Below, one piece after another: positions 18,192 through 27,370 of a stretch of 40,430 nt of DNA. The notes under the pieces were generated by a model. The model worked only from the letters and a program-made list of their open reading frames with translations. It was not told where the DNA came from and searched no databases. Both the position numbers and the translations under genes were made by a program. The stretch's first letter is position 1; the number at the start of each line of letters is the position of its first letter. Location: positions 1-40,430 of the forward strand of contig SCTT01000025.1 in NCBI GenBank assembly GCA_004322435.1. The letters run 5' to 3'. This DNA comes from a bacterium (GTDB lineage Bacteria; Elusimicrobiota; Elusimicrobia; UBA1565).

Positions 18192-18265
18192 GCAGCGCGT
18201 CAAACTCCGGGAACTTGGAGCGGGGGTCCCTTGAAATCCCCCGCTCCGGGGTCAATACTTAGGGC

Positions 18266-19300
18266 ATGGACCGCCGGGCCCCCCTCTTCCTGGCCGCCGT
18301 GCTGTCGGCCCTCCCCGCCCTGGCTCTCGAGGACGGCGGCCTGCCCGGCGTGGACCCTATAGAGGAAGGCGCCGAAGTCCCCTGCGCCCCGAGCGAGGGC
18401 AAGCCCAAACCGGCGGCCGCGAAGCCTTCCGACGAAGAGACCTCCCCGGACGCCGAGCCCAAGGCCGACCCCTGCCCCGGAGAGGCCGCGCCCGACGGGC
18501 GAGCCGCCGCCTCCGCGCCGGCCGCCCGGCCCGCCCCGACCGCCGCCCCGGCGCCCGACGAGCCGCGCGCGGCGCAGCGCCGGGAGCGTCAGCAGAACGC
18601 CGGGCGCAACGCGCGGCGCCAGGCGAGCGCGATGATCAACTCCCTTTCGGGCGAAGGCTCGGGAGCCGCCCCCGCCGCGGGAGCCGCTCCCCGCCCCGCC
18701 GCGCCGAACCCCGACCCCGGCGGAGTCGTCTCGGCCGCCGACTTCCGGCGCTTAAACGACATCCCCGCCGCCGCGGGCCCCAACACCCTGCGCACCGCGC
18801 CGACCCCCGCGCCGTCCGGGACCGCGCCGAAGGCCCCGGCCGCCGCCGCCCCCGCCTGGCGCCGCGCCTGGGAGGCGACCAAGGACTTCGTCGACCGGAA
18901 CACCCCCTCGCCCTACAAGCTCGCCAACGACGTCTCCTTCGAGGCCGAGAAGCGCTTCCCCAACTCCTCGAGCCACAACACCGAGCAGGACGCCTGGCGC
19001 CACGCGCGCTGGCACCAGAGGATGGTGGACTCGCTGTGCCCCGAGACCGGCCGCTCGGTGTGCGCGCCCGTGGCCGCCGGCGTGGCCCTGGCCGCGGGCA
19101 CCGTCCACGAGTTGATGGGCGCCGTCTCGGGCCAGCCCAAGGAAGAGTTCAAGATGGACATGTCGAACAACTGGAAGGGCGCGATGGCCGGCCTCCAGGG
19201 CAACGACCCCCGGCTCATCGACCGCGCCCTCTCCTCGGGCCAGCTCGTCGTCCTCACCCCCGCCGCCCCCGCCGGCGGCCCGATGGTCGCCCGCCGATGA
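18266..19300 (+). CDS. Secreted protein with a Pro/Ala-rich linker and a conserved-looking C-terminal domain (unknown function)
   Basis: The signal peptide is MDRRAPLFLAAVLSALPALA. A low-complexity region of about 180 aa is followed by a C-terminal ~130 aa domain with EQDAWRHARWHQRMV and HELMG. Confidence 0.65.
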   Translation: MDRRAPLFLAAVLSALPALALEDGGLPGVDPIEEGAEVPCAPSEGKPKPAAAKPSDEETSPDAEPKADPCPGEAAPDGRAAASAPAARPAPTAAPAPDEPRAAQRRERQQNAGRNARRQASAMINSLSGEGSGAAPAAGAAPRPAAPNPDPGGVVSAADFRRLNDIPAAAGPNTLRTAPTPAPSGTAPKAPAAAAPAWRRAWEATKDFVDRNTPSPYKLANDVSFEAEKRFPNSSSHNTEQDAWRHARWHQRMVDSLCPETGRSVCAPVAAGVALAAGTVHELMGAVSGQPKEEFKMDMSNNWKGAMAGLQGNDPRLIDRALSSGQLVVLTPAAPAGGPMVARR

Positions 19301-19620
19301 GGGCCCTCCCCCTCGCGCTCGCTCTGGCCCTGGCGGCCTGCGGCGGCGCCCCGGTGCAGGTCCTCGGCGGCCCCGAGGCTGTGGGCGCCAAGGTCTTGGT
19401 CGACGGGCGCGAGGCCGCGGTCATGGAGAAGAGCGTCTACGGCGGCGGCGACGCCGGCCCCGCCGGCCAAGTCTACGCGACCGCCCGCTTCCGCGCGCCC
19501 ACGGGCTCCCGCCGCTTCGAGGTCGTCGCCGCCGACGGGCGGCGCCTGTCGAGCACCGTCGACCTGCGCGGCGAGGCGTACCTGACCGCCGACTTCGCCA
19601 AAGGCGAGCTGCGCCGCTGA
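19297..19620 (+). CDS. Small lipoprotein, translationally coupled to the preceding gene
   Basis: The ATG at 19297 overlaps the upstream TGA as ATGA. The N-terminus MRALPLALALALAACGG has a good lipobox. It is the in-frame 3' part of track ORF 19036..19620. Confidence 0.6.
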   Translation: MRALPLALALALAACGGAPVQVLGGPEAVGAKVLVDGREAAVMEKSVYGGGDAGPAGQVYATARFRAPTGSRRFEVVAADGRRLSSTVDLRGEAYLTADFAKGELRR

Positions 19621-19680
19621 CCGTCCCCCTTGCCCCGCCGCCTCCCCGGGTGTATCTTGGGGAGGCCGTCCGGGGGTCCC

Positions 19681-21153
19681 ATGTTCGAAGCGGTCGAGGT
19701 CGGTGCGAAGGTCGAGAAGGCGGCCTATAAGAAGGAGGCCGAGAAGCTCCGGATGGAGCTTTTGACCGCGCAGAAGCGCCTGCCGGAGGCCAAGGTCCCG
19801 CTCGTGGTCCTCGTGTCGGGCGTCGAGGCCGCGGGCAAGACGACGTTCACCAACACCCTGCTCGAATGGCTCGACGCCCGCGGCGTGCAGGTCCACGCCC
19901 CTTGGACGCCCACCGACGAGGAGTCCGAGCGGCCGCCCTTCTGGCGCTGGTGGCGCTCGCTGCCCCCGGCCGGGCGCGCGGCGGTCTTTCTGGGCTCCTG
20001 GTACTCAGACCCCATCGTCGGCCGCGTGTTCAAGGAGCTCTCCGAGGCGGAGCTCGACGCCGAGCTCGAACGCATCGAGCGCTTCGAGAGCATGCTGGTC
20101 GCCGAAGGGGCCGTCGTGGTCAAGCTCTGGCTCCACATCACGAAGGCCGAGCAGAGGAAGCGCTTCAAGTCGCTTGAAGAGGACGCCGAGACGCGCTGGC
20201 GCGTGACCGAGCAGGACTGGAAGTTCCACAAGCGCTACGACAAGTTCCGCGCCGTCTCGGAGCGCGCGCTGCGCCACACCTCGACCGGCCAGGCGCCGTG
20301 GACGCTCGTCGAGGCGACCGACAAGCGCCACATGACGCTGACCGGCGTGCGCGCTGTGCTCGACGCCCTGCGCGCGCGCTTCGACGCGCCCGCGGCCCCG
20401 GCCCCGAAGCCGGCCCCCCCGCCCCGCAAGGCCTCCGGCGGCAAGAACATCCTGCGCTCGCTCGACTACACGCTCAAGCTCTCGGAGAAGGAGTACGACG
20501 GGCGGCTGGCCGAGGCCCAGGGACGCATCGGCAAGCTCACCCGGCGGATGCGCAAGGAGGGCCGCTCGCTGACGCTCGTGTTCGAGGGCGCCGACGCCGC
20601 CGGCAAGGGCGGCGCCATCCGGCGCCTGACGCGCGCGATGGACGCGCGGCTCTACCGCGTCATCTCGACGGCCGCGCCCACCGACGAGGAGCGCGCCCAC
20701 CCGTACCTGTGGCGCTTCTGGCGCGAGGTGCCGCGCGCGGGGCGCGTCACCGTCTACGACCGCTCCTGGTACGGGCGCGTCTTGGTCGAGCGCCTCGAGG
20801 GCTTCTGCGCCGCCGCCGACTGGAAGCGGGCGTACTCCGAGATCTGCGAGTTCGAGGAGCAGTTGGTCGCGGCCGGCACCATCCTGCGCAAGTTCTGGCT
20901 GGCCATCACCCCCGAGGAGCAGCTCAAGCGCTTCAAGGACCGCGAGCTCACGCCCTACAAGCAGTACAAGATCGGCCCCGAGGACTGGCGCAACCGGGCC
21001 AAGTGGGACGGCTACGAGGCCGCGGCCTGCGAGATGATCGAGAAGACGAGCACCGCCGAGTGCCCCTGGGTGCCGGTCGAGGCGGTCGACAAGGGCTGGG
21101 CGCGGGTCAAGGTGGCGGAGACGGTGGCCGAGGCGCTTAAAAGCGAGCTCTGA
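19681..21153 (+). CDS. Two-domain polyphosphate kinase 2 family protein (polyphosphate:AMP/nucleotide phosphotransferase type)
   Basis: It contains two tandem PPK2 halves. Each has a P-loop-like segment (VLVSGVEAAGKTT and LVFEGADAAGKGG) and a repeated W(R)FW, SWY and KFWLHI/KFWLAI pattern. The ATG at 19681 (MFEAVE) is preferred over the TTG at 19630. Confidence 0.85.
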   Translation: MFEAVEVGAKVEKAAYKKEAEKLRMELLTAQKRLPEAKVPLVVLVSGVEAAGKTTFTNTLLEWLDARGVQVHAPWTPTDEESERPPFWRWWRSLPPAGRAAVFLGSWYSDPIVGRVFKELSEAELDAELERIERFESMLVAEGAVVVKLWLHITKAEQRKRFKSLEEDAETRWRVTEQDWKFHKRYDKFRAVSERALRHTSTGQAPWTLVEATDKRHMTLTGVRAVLDALRARFDAPAAPAPKPAPPPRKASGGKNILRSLDYTLKLSEKEYDGRLAEAQGRIGKLTRRMRKEGRSLTLVFEGADAAGKGGAIRRLTRAMDARLYRVISTAAPTDEERAHPYLWRFWREVPRAGRVTVYDRSWYGRVLVERLEGFCAAADWKRAYSEICEFEEQLVAAGTILRKFWLAITPEEQLKRFKDRELTPYKQYKIGPEDWRNRAKWDGYEAAACEMIEKTSTAECPWVPVEAVDKGWARVKVAETVAEALKSEL

Positions 21154-21233
21154 GCCGCCTCCCCGTCTGAGAATGGAACCAAACGGGGGGGTTCGACGTA
21201 TACTAGGTAAGAGCCGGACCTAGAGAGGATGAT

Positions 21234-21665
21234 ATGGCCAACTTGAACAAGGTGATGCTGATCGGGCGCCTCACGCGGGACCCCGAGATCAAGACGTTCG
21301 CGAACGGGGGCAAGGTGGCCAACGTGGGATTCGCGGTCAACAACCGCAAGAAGAACGCGGCCTCCGGCCAGTGGGAGGACGTCCCCGTCTGGGTCGACCT
21401 CAAGGCCTTCAACCGCGACACCGGCCGCAAGCTCGCCGACCTCTTCGAGCAGAACCTGAAGAAGGGCCAGCAGGCCTACATCGAGGGCCACCTGGTGCTC
21501 GAGGAGTGGACCGGCAAGGAAGACGGCAAGAAGCACAACAAGACCGTCGTCTACGTCGACGACCTCCAGTTCCTCGAGAAGAAGGAGGGCGGCGCCGCGC
21601 CCTCGTCGGGGAAGTCGGCGGGCAAGCCCGCCAACGAGGAAAGCCTCGACGACGTCCCGTTCTGA
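21234..21665 (+). CDS. ssb: Single-stranded DNA-binding protein
   Basis: MANLNKVMLIGRLTRDPEI marks an OB fold. A flexible tail ends in the acidic tip DDVPF. An AGAGAGGA RBS lies upstream. Confidence 0.92.
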   Translation: MANLNKVMLIGRLTRDPEIKTFANGGKVANVGFAVNNRKKNAASGQWEDVPVWVDLKAFNRDTGRKLADLFEQNLKKGQQAYIEGHLVLEEWTGKEDGKKHNKTVVYVDDLQFLEKKEGGAAPSSGKSAGKPANEESLDDVPF

Positions 21666-21678
21666 TAGACTTGCCGGG

Positions 21679-22953
21679 ATGCTCGCGCTCGTCCTCGTAG
21701 GGCTCCTCGCCCTGCCCGCGTCCGCCGCCCCCAAGCTCGACAAGGCGGCGGCGCGGGTGGCCGAAGAGCTTTTGGAGAAGTTCACCGACAAGGGCGCCAA
21801 CGTGGCCGTCCTGCCGTTCCAGGACGCCACGGGCCGCCCCGTCGAGCTCGGGCGCGCCTTCGCCGAGGCCCTCTCACGGGAGCTCCTCAAGAGCGGCAAG
21901 GTCACGGTCCTCGACCGCGGCTACATCTCGCGGATGCTCGGCGAGATGAAGCTCGGGATGGCCGGGCTCACCGACCCCAAGACCGCGCTGCAGGTGGGCC
22001 GCTTCTCGGGCGCCAAGTACCAGCTCGTCGGCAGCTTCTCGGGCGCCGGCGACGACGTGACGGTCGACGCCAAGCTCGTCGTCACCGAGACCGCGACCTT
22101 GGCCGCGGCCGCGCGCGCCGAGCTGCGCCTGGACGCGGACTTGAGGAAGCTCCTCGAGGCTCCCGCCGCGACCGACCCCGGCACGGCGCTCTTCGACGAG
22201 GAGCGCCTCGAGACGGACGCCGTCTTCCTCGAGCGCCCCGGCAAGGACGGCTGCCGGTGGATCGCGGCGCGCGCCGACGTGCCGGCCGGCCGCGACGTCG
22301 ACGAGGGCCGGGCCGCCGCGCTGGCCTTGGCGCGGCGCAAGGCGTCGGCCCTGCTCCTCGGCCGCGACCCCGGCAAGGCCCCGGATTTCTCGGAGGCCGC
22401 CTTCTCGGGCCAGCTCGAGGACCTGCTGCGGGCGACCAAGTCCAGCCGCCAGGCCGCCGAGTCGGTCGTCAACGAGCAGCGCAAGGGGGGCCGGCACCTT
22501 CTGACCGTCGAGGCGTGCCTGAAGCCGGCCAAGGGCGGCGGCGACCTGCGGGTCGAGCTCATGCTCAACCAGAGCCGCTTCGTCGAAGGCCAGGACGCGC
22601 GGGCCATCGTCACGGTCAACCATCCCGCCCGGGTCTACCTCTTCAGCGCCGACTTCTCGGGGAAGGTCTGGCCGGTGTTCCCGGTCGGCCCGGCCTCGGA
22701 CAACGCCCTCGCGCCCGAGAAGCCTTTGGTCTTCCCCGACGAGACCGCCCGCGGCCAGGGCGTGCGGATGCGCGCCCAGCTGCCCGCCGGCCGGAAGACC
22801 TCCGTCGAGTTCCTACGCGTGCTGGCGGTGGACGGCGAGCCCGGCACGCTGCTCGACGGGCGCACCGAGTGGGCCGGCGTCGTCGCCGCGCTCGAGGACG
22901 CCGGCCTCGCGTGGGCCGAGGACGCCCGCGTCTTCACCGTCTATTCGCGGTAG
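21679..22953 (+). CDS. Secreted protein with a CsgG/LpoB/FlgO-like N-terminal domain and a DUF4384-like C-terminal domain
   Basis: A signal peptide is followed by VAVLPFQDATG...LSRELLKSGKVTVLDR...LGEMKL...GAKYQLVGSF, a pattern typical of CsgG/FlgO-like lipoprotein domains. The C-terminal beta-rich domain (RVELMLNQSRFVEGQDARAIVTVNHPARVYLFSAD) resembles DUF4384. Both assignments are from memory. Confidence 0.6.
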   Translation: MLALVLVGLLALPASAAPKLDKAAARVAEELLEKFTDKGANVAVLPFQDATGRPVELGRAFAEALSRELLKSGKVTVLDRGYISRMLGEMKLGMAGLTDPKTALQVGRFSGAKYQLVGSFSGAGDDVTVDAKLVVTETATLAAAARAELRLDADLRKLLEAPAATDPGTALFDEERLETDAVFLERPGKDGCRWIAARADVPAGRDVDEGRAAALALARRKASALLLGRDPGKAPDFSEAAFSGQLEDLLRATKSSRQAAESVVNEQRKGGRHLLTVEACLKPAKGGGDLRVELMLNQSRFVEGQDARAIVTVNHPARVYLFSADFSGKVWPVFPVGPASDNALAPEKPLVFPDETARGQGVRMRAQLPAGRKTSVEFLRVLAVDGEPGTLLDGRTEWAGVVAALEDAGLAWAEDARVFTVYSR

Positions 22954-23445
22954 GGCCCGGATCAGCTCGTCGCCGCCCTCCAGGGGCGTCTGGACCGGCA
23001 CCTCGTACTCGTCGACCGCCCAGACCGGCGAGCCCTCGGCGCAGCCGGTGAGGACCAAGAACAGCAGCACCCGGTCCCCCGCCTGCAGGTCCATCTGCAG
23101 GTACGCCAAGAGGCCCTCCGGCACCGCGACCCACTCGAGGCGCCGTCCCTCGGAGAAGGTCGCCTCCTCGGCGTACTTCGGGGCCGCGTCGGGGTCCCCG
23201 ATGTCCCGGGTCCAGGCCTTCACGGTCTCCATCCGCGCCGCGGAGGTCGCGCGCAGCGCTCCGTGCCAGCGGGTCTCGGTCGAGAACAGGATGTCCTTGA
23301 GGACGACGCCCTTGGCCGGGCAGGGCTCCGCGCGGCGCAGGACCGCCATCGACTTCCTGGGGTAGTTGGCCGCGTCGAAGGGAACCGTCGGCGCCGTCGG
23401 CGTCGACGCCGCGACCGCCGCGGCCAGGACGAGCGCGGCCGTCAC
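22813..23445 (-). CDS. Hypothetical secreted protein, coupled to the upstream HEAT lipoprotein
   Basis: The GTG at 23445 overlaps the HEAT gene stop as GTGA. The N-terminus VTAALVLAAAVAAS looks like a signal peptide. The first in-frame stop is at 22813, which gives a 141-nt antiparallel overlap with the 3' end of the 21679..22953 gene. The 3' end is therefore uncertain. Confidence 0.45.
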   Translation of the reverse strand: MTAALVLAAAVAASTPTAPTVPFDAANYPRKSMAVLRRAEPCPAKGVVLKDILFSTETRWHGALRATSAARMETVKAWTRDIGDPDAAPKYAEEATFSEGRRLEWVAVPEGLLAYLQMDLQAGDRVLLFLVLTGCAEGSPVWAVDEYEVPVQTPLEGGDELIRALPRIDGEDAGVLGPREAGVLERGDDAGPLGAPVEQRAGLAVHRQHA

Positions 23446-24416
23446 CGCGCCCCCCGCTCGGAAAGCGCCGCGCCGGCCGCCTTCGCGACGCCCGGGTCCG
23501 GGTCCACCGCCAGCGCGCGCAGGGCCGTCTCGGCCTTCTTGCCCGGCAGACGGCCCAGGGCCAAGGCCGCCAAGACCCGCGTCGAGGGCTCCTTGTCGGC
23601 CGCGGCGGGGGCCAAGGGCTCGACGGCCTCGGCGCGGCCGGTCTTTCCCAAGGCGTCCACAGCCAGGAGGCGCAAATCCGGCGGGCCGTCTTTGGCGAGC
23701 TTGGCCAAGAACGGGACCCCGGAGGGGACCCCGAGCTTGGCCAGATAGTGCGCCGCGAGGATGCCCTCCCGGGTGGGCTCGGCCGACTCCTCGAGCCAGC
23801 CCTCGAGGCGCAGCCGCCCCACCACCGAGGAGCGCAGGCCCAGCCCATAGGCCGCCGTCACCGCCAAGAAGGGCCGCGGGCCGTCGAGCGCCTTGCGCAG
23901 CGCCTCCTCGGCGCCCGCCCCGCCCACGGCGCCCAGAGCCTCGAGCGCGGTCTGGGCCAACCCCTCGTCTTGGCCCTCGGCCAGGCGCGCGAGCGCCGGC
24001 GCCGAGCCCGCGTCCCCCAAGAGCGCCAGCGCCTCCGCCGAGCGCGCCGACACCGTCCTGTCCTCGTCTAAGAGCCCGCGTCGGAGCACCGGGACCGCCT
24101 TGATGTCGCCCAAGAGGCCCAGGGCCTCGGCGGCCGCGGCGCGCACGGCCTCGAGCTCGGGCGGCAGGCCGAAGCGGTGGAACTTGCGCTCGAGGAGGGC
24201 GTCCCAGACCTTGAGCAGCGGTTCGACCGCTTCGGGGCGTCCCGAGCGGCCCAGCGCCCGGCAGGCGGACGCCGCGGCGGCCGCGTCCGGGACCGCGGGG
24301 TCGAGGCGGGCCACCCAGGCGTCGTACTCGGCCTGGGCCGCCTTCGGGCGCGGCGCCGCGCAGGCCGCCAGGAGGGCCAGGCCCAGGACGCGCAAAGCCC
24401 ATCGGGGGCGGGTCAT
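23442..24416 (-). CDS. HEAT-repeat lipoprotein
   Basis: The N-terminus has a lipobox (GLALLAAC). Repeated units of about 30 aa have the HEAT/PBS-lyase pattern (AVEPLL, AAAEALGLLGD, AVPVLRRGLLDED..VSARSAEALALLGD, DLRLLAVDALGKTG). Confidence 0.75.
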   Translation of the reverse strand: MTRPRWALRVLGLALLAACAAPRPKAAQAEYDAWVARLDPAVPDAAAAASACRALGRSGRPEAVEPLLKVWDALLERKFHRFGLPPELEAVRAAAAEALGLLGDIKAVPVLRRGLLDEDRTVSARSAEALALLGDAGSAPALARLAEGQDEGLAQTALEALGAVGGAGAEEALRKALDGPRPFLAVTAAYGLGLRSSVVGRLRLEGWLEESAEPTREGILAAHYLAKLGVPSGVPFLAKLAKDGPPDLRLLAVDALGKTGRAEAVEPLAPAAADKEPSTRVLAALALGRLPGKKAETALRALAVDPDPGVAKAAGAALSERGAR

Positions 24417-24437
24417 TCACTTGCTATTCTATAGGGA

Positions 24438-25997
24438 ATGTCCACGACCGGCCAGCAGGCTGAGCACTTCGAGCTCCTCCTCGAGGTCGGCCGCCTGCTG
24501 TCCTCCAAGATCGAGCTCGACGAGCTTTTGACCGCCGTCATGCAGCTGGCCGCGCGCGTCGTCAACGCCGAGACGGCGTCTTTGCTGCTCGTGGACCTCG
24601 CGACCGACGAGCTCTACTTCCACGTGGCGCTCGGCCTCGACCCCGCGCTCGCCAAGATCCGCCTCAAGATGGGCCAGGGCATCGCCGGGGCCACCGCCCA
24701 GTCGGCCCAGCCGATGATCATCAACGACGTGCGCAAGGACCCGCGCTGGAACTCGAAGATGGACAAGGACTCGGGGTTCGTCACCCGGTCCATCCTCGCC
24801 GCCCCCATCATGCTCAAGGGACGCTGCATCGGCGTCGTCGAGGCCATCAACCACATCAACGGGGACTTCACCGTCACCGACCTGCGCGTCTTCGAGGCCT
24901 TCGCGTCCCAGGCCGCCATCGCCATCGAGAACGCGCGCCTGTTCTCCTCCTTGAAGGAGCAGAACCAGACCCTCGACACCCTCCTCAACGAGATCCGCGA
25001 CGCGGCCTTCCTCACCGACGGCCAGGGGATGGTGCTCGTCGCCAACGCCGCGGCCAAGCAGTTTCTGGGCGCCGAGCGCGTGCGCTTGGACGCCGCCCTC
25101 GCCGGGATGACGCTCAATCCCCCTTTGGAGCGCATCGTCGGCGGCGAGGAGCCCCTGGTCGCCTTCGAGGCGGTGCGCGAGAAGCCCAACAAGCTGATCC
25201 TGGCCGGCACGGCGACCCTCATCCGCGACGGGACGAGCGGGGCGGTCAAAGGCCGGGTCGTCGTCTTCCGCGACGTCACCGACGAGCGGCGCGAGGAGGG
25301 GCTCAAGCGCAACTTCCTCTCGCTGATCTCCCACAAGCTCAAGACCCCGCTCTCCTCGATCACCGGCTACTCGCAGCTCCTCTACGAGGACGCCCGCAAG
25401 AAGCCCGAGACCGCCTTCCAGGCGACGTCGCTTCGGACCATCCTCACCCAGGGCCAGAAGCTCTCGGGCCTGGTCGACAAGCTCCTCAACTACACCGTGC
25501 TCGAAGAGCTCCAGGACCAGGCCATCGACAAGAAGCCCTTCGACCTCTCGGCCGTGATGCGCCAGACCGTGGACGCGATGGAGCCCTGGATCGTCGAGAA
25601 GCAGGCGAAGGTGGCCGTGGACCATGTGCCCGGCCTCGAGCCCGTGGGCGACTCGGGCCTCGTGCGGGAAGTCCTCAAGAACCTCGTCGAGAACGGCCTC
25701 AAGTTCTCGCGCGCCCTGCCGCCCGCCGTGACGGTCACCACCGCGCGGGTCCCGGCGGGCGTCGAGGTCCGCGTCGCCGACAACGGCCCCGGCATCCCCC
25801 CCGAGGAGCGCGCGAAGGTCTTCGAGAAGTTCTACCAGATCGACGCCTCCTTCACCGGCCAGATCGAGGGCTGGGGTCTGGGGCTGCCCTTCGTCAAGAA
25901 GGTCGTCGAGCGGCTGGACGGCACCGTCCGCCTCGACCAGGGCCCCGAAGGCGGCACCGTCGTCGTCGTGACCCTGCCGGCCGCCCCGCCCCGATGA
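24438..25997 (+). CDS. Cytoplasmic GAF-PAS sensor histidine kinase
   Basis: An N-terminal GAF-like region (ETASLLLVD...GIAG...RSILAAPI...IGVVEAIN) and a PAS-like middle are followed by an H-box (FLSLISHKLKTPLSSI), an N-box (LVENGLKFS) and G-boxes (DNGPGIP, GWGLGLP). It has no TM segments and there is no response regulator adjacent. Confidence 0.88.
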   Translation: MSTTGQQAEHFELLLEVGRLLSSKIELDELLTAVMQLAARVVNAETASLLLVDLATDELYFHVALGLDPALAKIRLKMGQGIAGATAQSAQPMIINDVRKDPRWNSKMDKDSGFVTRSILAAPIMLKGRCIGVVEAINHINGDFTVTDLRVFEAFASQAAIAIENARLFSSLKEQNQTLDTLLNEIRDAAFLTDGQGMVLVANAAAKQFLGAERVRLDAALAGMTLNPPLERIVGGEEPLVAFEAVREKPNKLILAGTATLIRDGTSGAVKGRVVVFRDVTDERREEGLKRNFLSLISHKLKTPLSSITGYSQLLYEDARKKPETAFQATSLRTILTQGQKLSGLVDKLLNYTVLEELQDQAIDKKPFDLSAVMRQTVDAMEPWIVEKQAKVAVDHVPGLEPVGDSGLVREVLKNLVENGLKFSRALPPAVTVTTARVPAGVEVRVADNGPGIPPEERAKVFEKFYQIDASFTGQIEGWGLGLPFVKKVVERLDGTVRLDQGPEGGTVVVVTLPAAPPR

Positions 25998-27370
25998 ACG
26001 TCCCGCGCTGGGACGACTGGGCCCCGGCGCTCGCCGCCGGCGACCACGCCGAGGTCTTCCTCGAAGAAGGGCGCTCCCTCTCCCTCACGCACGAGGAGGG
26101 GCGCCTGAGCGAGGCGGCCGAATCCTCCGACGCCGGAGTCGGCGTGCGCTACCTGCGCGTGGACCGGGGCCGGGCCGAGACGCGCTTCGGCTCCCAGAGC
26201 GGCTTGGACCCCGCCGCCGGCCGGGCGCTCGCCGCGCGCCTGGCCGCGGGCCTGCCCCGCCGGCCCGTCCCCGCCGCGCCGCGGCCCGAGGTCTCACGCC
26301 ACACGCCGCGCGTGCCGCCGGCCTCCGTGCCGCTGGCCGAGAAGGCCGCCCTGCTCGCCGCCGTCGACAAGGCGCTGCGCGCCGAGTTCCCGCGCCTGAC
26401 CCAGGTCCAGCTCACGTGCGCCGAGCGCGAGCGCTCCGCCGCGGTCCTGGATTCGGCGGGCTCGCACCGGCTCTCGGAGCGCGTCACCACGGTCTTCTAC
26501 GCCTCGGTCACCGCCGAGCAGGGCCGGCTGCTGCAGACCGGCGTCGAGGTCCTGGGCGGGCTCAAGGGCTGGGAGGCCCTCGAGGGCGGCGCCGCCCTTG
26601 CCGCGGGCCGCCGCGCCGCGCGCCTGGCCGTCGCCAAGCTCGAGGCCCCGGTCGCCCGCCCCGGCGACTTCCCGGTCGTCCTCGCCGCCTCGGCCGGCGG
26701 GACCTTCGTGCACGAGGCCATCGGGCATTCGCTCGAGGCCGACCACGTCCAGGAGGGCACCTCCCCCGCCTTCGCCGGCAAGATGGGCCGGCGCGTCGCC
26801 TGCGGGGCCCTGACCATCGTCGACGACCCGACGCTCCCCTTCGCGCGCGGCTCCTACGCCTTCGACGACGAGGGCGTGCCCGCCGCCGCGGTGACCTTGG
26901 TCGAGCGCGGCGTCCTGCGCGGGATGCTGCACGACCGCGTGAGCGCCCTGCGCGCCAAGGCCGCCCCGAACGGGCACGGCCGGCGCCAGTCCTTCCGCGC
27001 GCGGCCCATCCCGCGCATGTCCAACATCTACATCGCCCCCGGGCCCGACGACCCGGCGCGCATCGTGCGCGAGCTCAAGAAGGGCCTCTACGTCACCCGC
27101 ATGGGCGGCGGCGAGGTCAACACCGCCACCGGAGAGTTCGTGTTCGGCGTCGACGAGGGCTGGTGGGTGGAGGACGGGGTCGTCCGGCACATGGTGCGCG
27201 ACGCCAACATCCTGGGCGTGGGCTCCGAGGTGCTCAAGTCCATCGACCGCGTCGGCTGGGACATCGGCTGGAGCGTGGGCACCTGCGGCAAGCAGGGCCA
27301 GGGCGTGCCGGTCTCGGACGGCCAGCCGACGCTGCGCATCCCCAAGCTCCTCGTCGGAGGCCGCGCGTGA
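25994..27370 (+). CDS. tldD: TldD/PmbA-family metallopeptidase (TldD-like)
   Basis: HEAIGHSLEAD is the TldD HExxxH motif, and the C-terminus has GGEVNTATGEFVF. The ATG overlaps the kinase stop as ATGA. Confidence 0.85.
   Translation: MNVPRWDDWAPALAAGDHAEVFLEEGRSLSLTHEEGRLSEAAESSDAGVGVRYLRVDRGRAETRFGSQSGLDPAAGRALAARLAAGLPRRPVPAAPRPEVSRHTPRVPPASVPLAEKAALLAAVDKALRAEFPRLTQVQLTCAERERSAAVLDSAGSHRLSERVTTVFYASVTAEQGRLLQTGVEVLGGLKGWEALEGGAALAAGRRAARLAVAKLEAPVARPGDFPVVLAASAGGTFVHEAIGHSLEADHVQEGTSPAFAGKMGRRVACGALTIVDDPTLPFARGSYAFDDEGVPAAAVTLVERGVLRGMLHDRVSALRAKAAPNGHGRRQSFRARPIPRMSNIYIAPGPDDPARIVRELKKGLYVTRMGGGEVNTATGEFVFGVDEGWWVEDGVVRHMVRDANILGVGSEVLKSIDRVGWDIGWSVGTCGKQGQGVPVSDGQPTLRIPKLLVGGRA

Noticed and set aside
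18217-18247. A 10-bp hairpin (GGAGCGGGGG / CCCCCGCTCC) just upstream of the 18266 start codon, considered as a terminator or riboswitch.
   Set aside because: No U-tract follows it on either strand, and it is too short to assign a regulatory class. It may simply belong to the flanks of the foldback element.
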